NCBI GenBank assembly: GCA_964596425.1
Contig: CAZQTC010000023.1
Span: 648,190 to 712,189, forward strand
From: an uncultured Spirochaetales bacterium
GTDB lineage: Bacteria; Spirochaetota; Spirochaetia; SZUA-6
Reading direction: 5' to 3'
Length of the DNA stretch: 64,000 nt
Below, piece by piece: positions 36,838-46,139 of the stretch. The translations under genes were made by a program, and so were the position numbers. The notes below the pieces were generated by a model, which saw only the letters and a list, made by a program, of their open reading frames with translations, made no database searches and was not told the DNA's origin. Each line of letters opens with the position of its first letter. Position 1 is the first letter of the stretch.

Positions 36838-38933
36838 TTTATTAGCTTGATAATATTAAGTTGCAAGGTCTCCGCATTCTGGTAAAAGTTCCTCACAATC
36901 TTATAGATAATGTCAACTTTCATTCCCCGTTGCAAATTTACCGCTTCATCCGCTGCTTTCCAAAAAATTGCAGGCCATTTATATCTATCAGTTCTGAACA
37001 ACAATCTCAAATGAGAAATCTCCCTTTTACCAACTATATCAAAATCCTCGATTGTTATACCCCGGGTCAAGAAGATAAGAGGTGGATTTTTTTCTCCATA
37101 GGGTTCAAAGAATTTAATTACATCCTCTAAAGCAGGAGTTAAATATTTTACGGGAATCTCAGCATCAATATTTACCCTTTCAACCTCTTTCTCAGGAACG
37201 GTAATTGTATCCACAAAATCATAGAATTTCTTTTCAAAAGTCGGTACGTTCTCCTTTGATAAACTAAATCCCGCCGCGAAATCATGTCCCCCATAGTTCA
37301 ACAGGAGATCAGAAAAATTGTCCAGAAATTCCTTTATAGAAAACCTTGAAACACTTCGCAGAGACCCAATAGCCTTTTCATTAGCCTCTGTGATAACTAT
37401 CGCTGGCACTCCAAAACTGTTAACCAGGCGCGAAGCCATTATTCCAGCTATCCCTCTATGTATCGAGTAATCAACTACAAGGATAAATTTACCCCCCGTC
37501 CGATCGTAGGATTCCCTCGCTTTTTCAATTAGAGAATCCCATGCACTGTTTCCCAGATTCTTTCTCTTTCTGTTCAAACCTAAAATATAATCTACTAGCT
37601 CGTTCACCTCTGCACTATCCTGAGAGAGCAACAATCGTGTAGCTTTGCCAGGTTCTCCCATTCTGCCTGCCGAATTTATAAAGGGGGAAATTTGCCAGGC
37701 TACATCAATCGTTTTTAGCTCCTTCCCCGCCAAAGATTTCCTAATTAAAAGTTCTCTCAAACCGGTTCGCCTCGATTTGCTAAGTTGCTCCATTCCATAC
37801 CTAACAAGAATTCTATTTTCGTTCACAATTGGCATTAAGTCTGCAATAGTACCCAATGCCACAAGATCGAGTCGCTTAAAATAACTTTCAAAAACCTTCT
37901 CTTCTTTCTTTAATACAAGAGAAACAAAGAGTTCTCTGAGCGCATCTATCTCACCGTAGTTCTCACTGTTCCTCCCCAATTCATTCTTAATTCTCAAGAG
38001 ACTCTTTCCACCGAACTCGGGTAAAAGCTGTTTCACAAAATTTTCTATATCTGAGAATTCAAACTCATAGGCATTTCCAAATATTTTTCTTAATAACCTA
38101 ATTTGGAATGGTAAATTATAGACAATAACCTCATATCCCTTCAAAAAATCATACAAACGAGTCGATTCAAAATCCATAATACCAGGAACAAAATTTTCCG
38201 TTAGTCTCTCAATTTCTACAAGGTTATTTAACTTTACAACCTCAACTATAAATGTGTCATTAACAGGCCGAGCATTCAACAGACATACACTAACTCCGTA
38301 GAATGGTGTCTTAGAAAAGTATAAAGCCCATACAACCTTGGAAACAACACCACACCCCGAAAGCTCTTTAAAGGGATACCCACTATCAGCTACCTTCGGA
38401 TTTATTATTCCCAAAGCATTTGGAAGTTCTTCCCCAACGTTGTGATGATCAATAACTATCGTATCAACTCCCATTTCACGGGCAAGTTGAATTTCCTTTA
38501 CATTGGTTATTCCACAATCAACAGTAATTAACAGATCTGCTCCCGATTCTACCACCCTTCTTACAACATCGAAAGAAAGCCCATAATCATCCTCTCCCTC
38601 AGGAAGCATCCAGTCCACATTACCGCCCAGCTCCTCAATTGTTTCAACCAGAAGAACGGTAGAGGTAATCCCATCAACATCTCTATCACCAAAAACAAAT
38701 ATCTTCTCCCCACCCTCTATTGCCGTGTTAATTCTATCCACTACCTCTTCCATCCCCTCAAAGAGAAAGGGGTTATGTTGATACTTTAAATCTTTATGGG
38801 TAAAGAAAAAAATCTCTTCTGCAGAGAGTATTCCTCGCCTTACCAAAATGGAAGCCACTATCAAATTTACGTCATATTTCTTTGCAATATTTTTTACTAT
38901 TTCAGGATCAATTGCTTTCTTTACCCAGTCCAT
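36834..38933 (-). CDS. recJ: Single-stranded-DNA-specific exonuclease RecJ
   Basis: DHH motifs (GDRDVDGITSTV, IVIDHH), DHHA1 region, 699 aa. Confidence 0.85.
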   Translation of the reverse strand: MDWVKKAIDPEIVKNIAKKYDVNLIVASILVRRGILSAEEIFFFTHKDLKYQHNPFLFEGMEEVVDRINTAIEGGEKIFVFGDRDVDGITSTVLLVETIEELGGNVDWMLPEGEDDYGLSFDVVRRVVESGADLLITVDCGITNVKEIQLAREMGVDTIVIDHHNVGEELPNALGIINPKVADSGYPFKELSGCGVVSKVVWALYFSKTPFYGVSVCLLNARPVNDTFIVEVVKLNNLVEIERLTENFVPGIMDFESTRLYDFLKGYEVIVYNLPFQIRLLRKIFGNAYEFEFSDIENFVKQLLPEFGGKSLLRIKNELGRNSENYGEIDALRELFVSLVLKKEEKVFESYFKRLDLVALGTIADLMPIVNENRILVRYGMEQLSKSRRTGLRELLIRKSLAGKELKTIDVAWQISPFINSAGRMGEPGKATRLLLSQDSAEVNELVDYILGLNRKRKNLGNSAWDSLIEKARESYDRTGGKFILVVDYSIHRGIAGIMASRLVNSFGVPAIVITEANEKAIGSLRSVSRFSIKEFLDNFSDLLLNYGGHDFAAGFSLSKENVPTFEKKFYDFVDTITVPEKEVERVNIDAEIPVKYLTPALEDVIKFFEPYGEKNPPLIFLTRGITIEDFDIVGKREISHLRLLFRTDRYKWPAIFWKAADEAVNLQRGMKVDIIYKIVRNFYQNAETLQLNIIKLIK

Positions 38934-40240
38934 TAACTAACTATCTCTTTTAATACCCTTTCCTCTTTTTGCGGCGGTTCTTCACTATAGCTAACGGCAG
39001 ACTCTAACATCCGTATAGCTTGCTCCAGTTTATTTTCCTCTTCTGCATACACAAAACAAACCTCATCTCCATTACTCACAGCATCCCCCTTCACCCGTAA
39101 AAACTCAACTCCGACGGCAGGAAGAACATCATCCTCTTTCTTTGAACGACCAGCACCTAAAATCACAGTGGCAAGCCCTACCTTAAAAGCATCGATATTT
39201 CCAACGTATCCACTTCTATCGGCAATTAAGGGTTTCTTAAATTTAGCTTGGGGGCCTTTGGAAAGATCAAGAATGACCTCAGTATTACCATGTTGATACT
39301 CAACATTCTCCAGAAATTTATTAAATGCAGAACCGTCTTTTATTTTCTCTTCACATAGTTTAAGAGCCTCATTAAAGTCATCTCTAATTCCAGATAAAAC
39401 AATCATCCAGGCTGTTAACCTAAGTGTAAGCCCATACAAATCGCCAGGGCAATTACCCCTTAAGCACTCCACAGACTCCTCAACCTCTAAAAAATTACCA
39501 ACTTTCCTACCAAGAGGGGCATTCATATCACTAATCACCGCCACTACCCTTTTTCCAAGCTGATTACCCGTTTTAACAAGAGATTCAGCAAGAGCCACAG
39601 AATCATCGAAGGTTTTCATGAACGCACCAGAACCCGACTTTACATCAAATACCAGGGCGTCTGCGCCCTCCGCAAACTTTTTTGAGAGGATACTGGCAGT
39701 AATAAGAGGAATAGACTCTACCGTCGCCGTTACATCCCTTAAGGCATACATCTTCCTATCGGCAGGTACAACCCTCTCGCTTTGCCCTATCATACAGTAC
39801 CCCACTCTTTTAAGACCCTCAACAAACTCTTCCTTTGTTAAAGAAGTCGAATAACCGGGTATTGACTCAAGTTTATCAAGAGTTCCACCCGTATGACCCA
39901 AACCACGTCCACTCATCATGGGTACCTTTACCCCACACGCCGCAGCCAGAGGAGCAAGAATGAGCGACACCTTATCCCCTACACCACCGGTGGAGTGCTT
40001 ATCAACAAGAGGTTGATTAATCTCACTCAAATCGTACACATCACCCGATTCTATCATAACTTTGGTAAGATTACTCGCCTCCTCAAAAGACATTCCCCTA
40101 AAAAATACAGCCATTAAAAAAGATGCTATCTGATAATCAGGAATATCTCCCTTTACATAACCATCCACCAGAAAGCGGATCTCCTCCTCAGTCAGGTGAG
40201 CACCATCACGTTTTTTCATTATTAAATCAACAGCTCTCAT
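38933..40240 (-). CDS. pdp: Pyrimidine-nucleoside (thymidine) phosphorylase
   Basis: DKHSTGGVGDKVSL and SGRGLGHTGGTLDKLE motifs. Confidence 0.85.
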   Translation of the reverse strand: MRAVDLIMKKRDGAHLTEEEIRFLVDGYVKGDIPDYQIASFLMAVFFRGMSFEEASNLTKVMIESGDVYDLSEINQPLVDKHSTGGVGDKVSLILAPLAAACGVKVPMMSGRGLGHTGGTLDKLESIPGYSTSLTKEEFVEGLKRVGYCMIGQSERVVPADRKMYALRDVTATVESIPLITASILSKKFAEGADALVFDVKSGSGAFMKTFDDSVALAESLVKTGNQLGKRVVAVISDMNAPLGRKVGNFLEVEESVECLRGNCPGDLYGLTLRLTAWMIVLSGIRDDFNEALKLCEEKIKDGSAFNKFLENVEYQHGNTEVILDLSKGPQAKFKKPLIADRSGYVGNIDAFKVGLATVILGAGRSKKEDDVLPAVGVEFLRVKGDAVSNGDEVCFVYAEEENKLEQAIRMLESAVSYSEEPPQKEERVLKEIVS

Positions 40241-40328
40241 CTATCTCTCCTCTTTAAAAAATACTACAGCAGAGATTCACACTGTTTTTACATTATAACT
40301 ATAAAAACAATAAGAATATAGAGAAAAC

Positions 40329-40877
40329 CTACCTAAACATTACAGTTCTTAAGGGAATATACTCAGGCCCTTTTCTATGGAGCACAGATTGATACAATAC
40401 GAATCGGTCAAACACAAACGACATCCCTTTGTAAGAATCCTCTCCCCTCAATCTCTCAGTGTCTATCCGGGCAAATCTGTTTCGTGCGATTGTTATATGG
40501 GTTTGAAAGGGTCTACTATCTATCTCAAATCCAGCCTCTTTAATGAGTATTTCAAAAGCTCCATGAAATTTATACACCCGTTCTTTTCCCTCATCTATGT
40601 CGATAAAAATTACACGTGGATTCCCCCGTGACGGGAAAAAACCAATTTTCCCCAGAGAGGCTCTTAACCTCTCCACAACAAGCCGCTCATCATCCATGAT
40701 CGAATACAAACGTTCAAGCTCCTCATTATTAATTTCTCCAAAAAAATGTATTGTAAGATGAATGTTACTATTCTCCACCAGTTTTACATTCTCATACCTC
40801 TCCTTTATCAACCTAGCAATTCTTGCTATCTCTCCCTTCACATCTTCCGGAACCGGTAAAGCAGCAAAAACTCGCAT
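40329..40877 (-). CDS. thpR: RNA 2',3'-cyclic phosphodiesterase (ThpR/LigT, 2H family)
   Basis: Two H-x-T/S-x motifs (HLTIHF and HITIAR) about 80 aa apart. Confidence 0.75.
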   Translation of the reverse strand: MRVFAALPVPEDVKGEIARIARLIKERYENVKLVENSNIHLTIHFFGEINNEELERLYSIMDDERLVVERLRASLGKIGFFPSRGNPRVIFIDIDEGKERVYKFHGAFEILIKEAGFEIDSRPFQTHITIARNRFARIDTERLRGEDSYKGMSFVFDRFVLYQSVLHRKGPEYIPLRTVMFR

Positions 40878-40879
40878 AA

Positions 40880-41635
40880 CTACAAAAAATTCCTCCCACT
40901 CTCAAGTGTTTTCAGTGACACATCGAGCTGTTTTTGAATTCTTAAATATAAGAAATTCTTCAGAGAATCTACCGACTTACTCTCAAGCCCGATCCCAATA
41001 GAATCGCTTAGATCCATATCGCCTGTTTTTTTTATATACGCCCTTGCTCCCCTAGTCAAGGGGAGATGATTCTCGTTTTTACAGAGGCTACAAAAGAGAG
41101 AAGCGTCAATAGGTGAGTAAAATATTTCTTCTTCCCCCTCGATTCTTCTTCCGCATTTACTACAGATTTCAAGAGCAGGTAGGTATCCGGTAAGTTTTAG
41201 AAACTTCCATAGAAATTGTATAGAGAGCAATGCGAAAGTACTCGATTTTGAAATTTTGTCAAGAATACTCAACGCCCGGACAAAGAGATTAAATAAAATC
41301 TCGAAATCACTCCCCCCAGCTTTAGACTCCATAATAATCTCGCTCCATAGAGAGGCGATATAAAATTTCTTTATATTACCCCGAATCCCTTCAAATAAAT
41401 TTTTGGCCTCTACGTCGGTAAGCTTGTAACTCCCCGCAACAGGGTTTAGATAGAGATACAACAATGAGTAAGAAAATGGTTCCGTAACAATTCTAAACCT
41501 ATTACGCATTCTATAAGCCCCATGGGCTATCACGTTAACGATACCCAAGGAGGGCGAAAAAATTTTCAAACCCTTGTGTATCTCCCCAACCCTATACTTT
41601 CGTAATATTACTGCTTCTGTTACTATATTCCTCAT
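40880..41635 (-). CDS. recO: DNA repair protein RecO
   Basis: N-terminal OB-fold pattern (EAVILRKYRVGE) and C-terminal Zn finger CSKCGRR...CSLC. Confidence 0.8.
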   Translation of the reverse strand: MRNIVTEAVILRKYRVGEIHKGLKIFSPSLGIVNVIAHGAYRMRNRFRIVTEPFSYSLLYLYLNPVAGSYKLTDVEAKNLFEGIRGNIKKFYIASLWSEIIMESKAGGSDFEILFNLFVRALSILDKISKSSTFALLSIQFLWKFLKLTGYLPALEICSKCGRRIEGEEEIFYSPIDASLFCSLCKNENHLPLTRGARAYIKKTGDMDLSDSIGIGLESKSVDSLKNFLYLRIQKQLDVSLKTLESGRNFL

Positions 41636-41751
41636 AGAATAAAACTCACAACTAGTACTTCCTGGAAAGAATAATAATTCTATCCACTCCCAATAGCAAT
41701 AGCTTGACAGTTATCGATTCGCTTAATAACTTTTCATACGAGGAGAGAAGA

Positions 41752-44094
41752 ATGGGTTCTAATCTAGTTATTCCTGCAGATAAGATATTACCAAACAAGT
41801 TAGCTATCATAACTCTAATGGGAAAACCTATTTTCCCGGGTATATTTACCCCCCTAGTACTACCCGCAGGAAGAGATGTGGAAATAGTAGAAAATGCTCT
41901 GGCAGGAGATTCCTTTGTAGGGTTACTGCTCACCAAAGACGAAAACATAGAGAATCCAACGGCAGATGATCTCTATAAAACGGGAACAGTGGCAAAGATT
42001 GTTAAGAAGATAAATCTCCCTGATGGGGGAATAAATATATTCATCTCCACACAGAAGAGATTCACAGTGAAAAAGTTTCTCCACAAAGAACACCCCATCG
42101 TAGCTGCAGTCGAATACCTTGAGGATGAAAACTTTGAATCGGATGAGGTCAAAGCGCTAACTCGAGCATTGCTCAGCGAGATGAAACAGATATCCGAAAA
42201 CAATCCCCTATTCTCGGAAGAGATGCGACTCAACATGGTTAATATAGATCACCCGGGTAAAATAGCGGATTTTATAACCTCCATTCTCAATATCGAAAGG
42301 AAGGAACAACAAAATCTTCTGGAAATAACCGACGTAAGGGAACGGCTGGAAAAAGTCCTGGTTCATATCAAAAAAGAGCATGAATTACTAAAAATCCAGA
42401 AACGTATTCAGAAAGAGATAAACGAAAAAATATCCAAAAGCCAGCGGGAGTATTTTCTTAAAGAGGAGCTAAAGGCAATAAAAAAAGAGCTCGGTATGGA
42501 GGTTGATGCAAAAACCAGCGAGTATAACCGCCTAAAGGCAGCGATCGAAAAACTAAATCTGCAAGGAGAAGCAAAAGAACAGGTAGAACAGGAACTTGAG
42601 AAATTTGCTCTAATGGATCCCAACTCTTCCGAATTCGTGGTAACCAGAAATTACCTCGAAACTGTGGTCTCTCTTCCATGGGCCGATCCACCCAGCGATG
42701 AAATAGATATGGAGCGAGCAAAAAAGATACTCGATAAAGATCACTATGGTATGGAGGATGTAAAGGAACGCATAATAGAGTACCTTGCCGTTAGAAAAAT
42801 CAAGGGCGATACAAAGGGTTCAATACTCTGCCTGGTAGGTCCACCGGGAGTGGGTAAAACTTCTGTAGGAAAATCTATCGCCAGAGCCCTTAACAGAAAA
42901 TTCTTTAGATTTTCCGTGGGAGGAATGCGAGATGAGGCCGAAATCAAAGGGCACAGGAGAACTTATGTGGGAGCGATGCCAGGGAAAATTCTTCAAGGCT
43001 TGAAAATTGTCAAAACCAAAAATCCGGTATTCATGTTAGACGAAATTGATAAATTGGGAGCATCCTTTCAGGGAGATCCCTCTTCGGCACTTCTAGAGGT
43101 CTTAGATCCCGAACAGAACGTTGCCTTCAGAGACCACTATCTGGATCTTCCCTTCGACGTTTCTCACGTTCTCTTTATCACAACCGCTAATACATTGGAT
43201 ACAATTCCAACCCCGCTTCTCGATAGGATGGAGGTTATACGTCTCTCCGGTTACATAGATCAGGAGAAAGTCATTATTGCAAGAAAGTATCTAATACCCA
43301 AATCACTGGAGAGAAACGGCCTTAAAAAACAAGAGGTACACTACGAGAGAAAGACTCTATTTACAATTGCAGAAAAATATGCAAGAGAAGCCGGACTGCG
43401 CGAGTATGAAAAAGCTTTAGATAAAATCCATAGGAAGATAGCCAAGAAAAAAGTTCTTAATGAAATTGAGTTACCACTAAAGATCACAGTAGACGATTTA
43501 GAAGAATACCTGGGCAAACCCATATACTACGAGGATGATTTTAACAAGATAGTAAAACCTGGTATGGCAATAGGTTTGGCCTGGACCCCTCTAGGCGGAG
43601 CTATTCTGACTATAGAGGCAATATCCAATCCCGGGAAAGAGGGATTAAAACTTACCGGACAGATGGGAGATGTCATGCAGGAGTCGGCAAGTATAGCCTA
43701 CACCTATGTACGGCATATTGCAGGGGAGTTTGGAGTGACGCGGGAATATTTCGAAAATAATCAAATTCACCTACATATACCCGCAGGGGCCACTCCAAAG
43801 GATGGCCCATCCGCGGGAATAACAATGGCCTCGACCCTACTCTCACTTGCAACAAATAAGAAGATAAAGAGACGGTTAGCCATGACAGGAGAACTCTCAC
43901 TGATAGGCAGGGTACTACCCATTGGGGGATTGAAAGAAAAGGTTATAGCAGCTAAACGAAACAAAATAAAAGAGATTATCCTTCCGGAAAAAAACAGAAA
44001 AGACTTGGAGGAAATCCCCGATTATATAAAGAAGGGTATGAAATTTCACCTTGTATCCGATATGAGAGAGGTAATAGATATCATCTTTAATTGA
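41752..44094 (+). CDS. lon: ATP-dependent Lon protease
   Basis: GPPGVGKTS Walker A; catalytic PKDGPSAGITMASTL (Ser) and K in AAKRN. GGAG lies 7 nt upstream of the ATG at 41752. The track start at 41704 is a TTG inside a TTGACA -35-like hexamer. Confidence 0.9.
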   Translation: MGSNLVIPADKILPNKLAIITLMGKPIFPGIFTPLVLPAGRDVEIVENALAGDSFVGLLLTKDENIENPTADDLYKTGTVAKIVKKINLPDGGINIFISTQKRFTVKKFLHKEHPIVAAVEYLEDENFESDEVKALTRALLSEMKQISENNPLFSEEMRLNMVNIDHPGKIADFITSILNIERKEQQNLLEITDVRERLEKVLVHIKKEHELLKIQKRIQKEINEKISKSQREYFLKEELKAIKKELGMEVDAKTSEYNRLKAAIEKLNLQGEAKEQVEQELEKFALMDPNSSEFVVTRNYLETVVSLPWADPPSDEIDMERAKKILDKDHYGMEDVKERIIEYLAVRKIKGDTKGSILCLVGPPGVGKTSVGKSIARALNRKFFRFSVGGMRDEAEIKGHRRTYVGAMPGKILQGLKIVKTKNPVFMLDEIDKLGASFQGDPSSALLEVLDPEQNVAFRDHYLDLPFDVSHVLFITTANTLDTIPTPLLDRMEVIRLSGYIDQEKVIIARKYLIPKSLERNGLKKQEVHYERKTLFTIAEKYAREAGLREYEKALDKIHRKIAKKKVLNEIELPLKITVDDLEEYLGKPIYYEDDFNKIVKPGMAIGLAWTPLGGAILTIEAISNPGKEGLKLTGQMGDVMQESASIAYTYVRHIAGEFGVTREYFENNQIHLHIPAGATPKDGPSAGITMASTLLSLATNKKIKRRLAMTGELSLIGRVLPIGGLKEKVIAAKRNKIKEIILPEKNRKDLEEIPDYIKKGMKFHLVSDMREVIDIIFN

Positions 44095-44987
44095 TCTTTA
44101 ATTATGTAAAGGACAAAATCTTGAAACTACAACATACAAAACAATACACAATAGCACTAAGCATTGCAATTTTTACACTTGTTCAAATTACACTCGCTTC
44201 ATGCGAACGAAATGTTAAAAACATACCGGATTCCAACTTTGATATTACACTCGACGAACTAAAAGAGCTTATTTCCCCTCTTCCCCTACAAATACAAAAA
44301 AACATATTAAAAAGCCCCGGGCGCTTTTTAGAGGATATCTCACAAACATTCAATTACCCACGGGACCTGCTAATTCTTGTTGACAAAAAACACGGCCTTC
44401 CAAGCAACTACATACCGGCAGACCTTGTGAGCCTTAAACACTACAATGTAACCATATCCAAAAGCTACCTCAAACTGAGGAAAATAGTAATACCAGATCT
44501 CCTTGCGATGGTAAAAGCGGCAAGAAAGCATGGAATAGAAATAGTACTCTCCTCCACATACAGATCATATGCATACCAAAAACGACTGTACAACTACTAT
44601 GTAAGGACAGAGGGTAGGAAAAAGGCGGATAGAGAATCAGCCAAACCGGGACATTCACAGCACCAACTCGGAACAGCAATTGATTTTGGAAGCATAACGG
44701 ATAGTTTTATCAACACCTCACAGGGTAGATGGCTCATAGCCAATGCATGGCGTTACGGTTTTTCCTTATCCTACCCCAAAGGAGAAGAAAAAATCACCGG
44801 ATACAGATACGAATGTTGGCACTACAGATACGTGGGCAAACCTGCCGCCCGGATAATAAAGGAATACTTTGAAAATAGCCAACAACTATTCCTTGAGTTT
44901 TACAATAAAAATATAAATTTCCTTAAAGAAAAATACCTATCCAAACAACCCGATCAGAAAAAAACTAGAGTTTGGAAGCTTCAATAG
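44091..44987 (+). CDS. D-alanyl-D-alanine carboxypeptidase, M15B/VanY family, probable lipoprotein
   Basis: SSTYRSYAYQ, HSQHQLGTAIDF and ECWHYRY motifs. The track start is a TTG overlapping the lon stop. An alternative TTG at 44121, preceded by AAGGAC, would yield a lipoprotein signal ending in the lipobox LASC. Confidence 0.75.
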   Translation: MIFNYVKDKILKLQHTKQYTIALSIAIFTLVQITLASCERNVKNIPDSNFDITLDELKELISPLPLQIQKNILKSPGRFLEDISQTFNYPRDLLILVDKKHGLPSNYIPADLVSLKHYNVTISKSYLKLRKIVIPDLLAMVKAARKHGIEIVLSSTYRSYAYQKRLYNYYVRTEGRKKADRESAKPGHSQHQLGTAIDFGSITDSFINTSQGRWLIANAWRYGFSLSYPKGEEKITGYRYECWHYRYVGKPAARIIKEYFENSQQLFLEFYNKNINFLKEKYLSKQPDQKKTRVWKLQ

Positions 44988-45534
44988 CACCCTCTCTAAC
45001 AATAACAAGCTCGCCACTCGTAATATCCACAATGGTTGATGGTTTTCTATAAATAGCATCACCGGAATCCACAATTAACTCCACACTTTCACCAAACTTC
45101 TCAACAATCTTGCCTATACTGTTAATCTCTCTATCACCAGAGATATTAACACTGGTAGAATAAAGAGGTCTATCGATCTTGAATAACACCTGCCGTAAAA
45201 ACTCATCATCCGGGACTCTCAAGGCAACTGTATCCGAATTCCATGCCCCGGCTCTGACATTCATTATTATTGTCAAAGGCCCAGGCCAATGAGCAAGTAA
45301 ACTCTCCGGAATTTTATCATCAGAAAATCTCTTTACCCAGGAGGCATCGGGAACAAGCATCAGAAACTCTTTCCCCTTTTCACGTCTTTTAAGTTTCTGA
45401 ATCCTCCCCTTAGTCTCCGGGGCTATACCAAAGAATCCATAGATCGTATCACCACGCATTATTACAATTCCTCTTTTAGAGAGCACATCAACCACCGTCT
45501 CAAACAACTTATCCGATTTATCCTTCAGTACCAT
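44965..45534 (-). CDS. tsaC: L-threonylcarbamoyladenylate synthase (TsaC/YrdC family)
   Basis: A 189-aa YrdC fold (IVIMRGDTIYGFFG...LVPD); convergent 22-nt overlap with the VanY-like gene. Confidence 0.75.
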   Translation of the reverse strand: MVLKDKSDKLFETVVDVLSKRGIVIMRGDTIYGFFGIAPETKGRIQKLKRREKGKEFLMLVPDASWVKRFSDDKIPESLLAHWPGPLTIIMNVRAGAWNSDTVALRVPDDEFLRQVLFKIDRPLYSTSVNISGDREINSIGKIVEKFGESVELIVDSGDAIYRKPSTIVDITSGELVIVREGAIEASKL

Positions 45535-45542
45535 TATAAAGA

Positions 45543-45983
45543 CTACTCCCCACTTCGAATACGCCTGTAGAAACCTCTCAAGAGAGAAAATAGAAAAAAA
45601 ATAACAGGGAAAGTGATTCCTATAATTTTAAAGATAAGATTCTTATTGGTCTTAGGAATTTTAACATTCAGCAGACTACCAATAGTGTAATAGTTACTTT
45701 TGTCTTCGTAACTCCGTACCTTCACAAGCACCTCACTATCCGAAATATAGGTCAAAGCCCTCGCCTCTACCTCATTAGTTTCTGGATCTGTCTTTAACAT
45801 CCACATCTTCTCTTTCAGCTCCCGGTTTATTCCTTCGAGATTATCAATATTTTTTACCAGCTCCCTCTTTTTGACAAGCAATTTATTGTAATTCAATACA
45901 CCCTCGTCTCCAAAATAAAACGTAAGAAAAGACGCCACTATCAAACCTATGTATGAGACAACAAGTAATTTAAAAACTCTCAT
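45543..45983 (-). CDS. ftsB: Septum formation initiator family protein (FtsB/DivIC-like)
   Basis: N-terminal TM helix followed by a coiled coil (LLVKKRELVKNIDNLEGINRELKEKMWMLK). Confidence 0.6.
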   Translation of the reverse strand: MRVFKLLVVSYIGLIVASFLTFYFGDEGVLNYNKLLVKKRELVKNIDNLEGINRELKEKMWMLKTDPETNEVEARALTYISDSEVLVKVRSYEDKSNYYTIGSLLNVKIPKTNKNLIFKIIGITFPVIFFLFSLLRGFYRRIRSGE

Positions 45984-46041
45984 CCTTTATATAAACGGCT
46001 AATTCTGGTTTTTTTTCAAACGAATAATGACCTTTTTATTA

Positions 46042-46071
46042 TTGACAATTAAACTACCATTAGCGTAAATT
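46042..46071 (+). promoter_or_regulatory. Candidate sigma70 promoter of the acidic-protein/Maf operon
   Basis: TTGACA at 46042-46047, an 18-nt spacer, TAAATT at 46066-46071; the GGGGGA RBS precedes ATGATG at 46140. Confidence 0.35.
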
Positions 46072-46139
46072 AATAATGGTAAATAGGGAAAAAACTATTC
46101 CGATAATATGAATAATGAATAGTTTTTTCCCGGGGGATA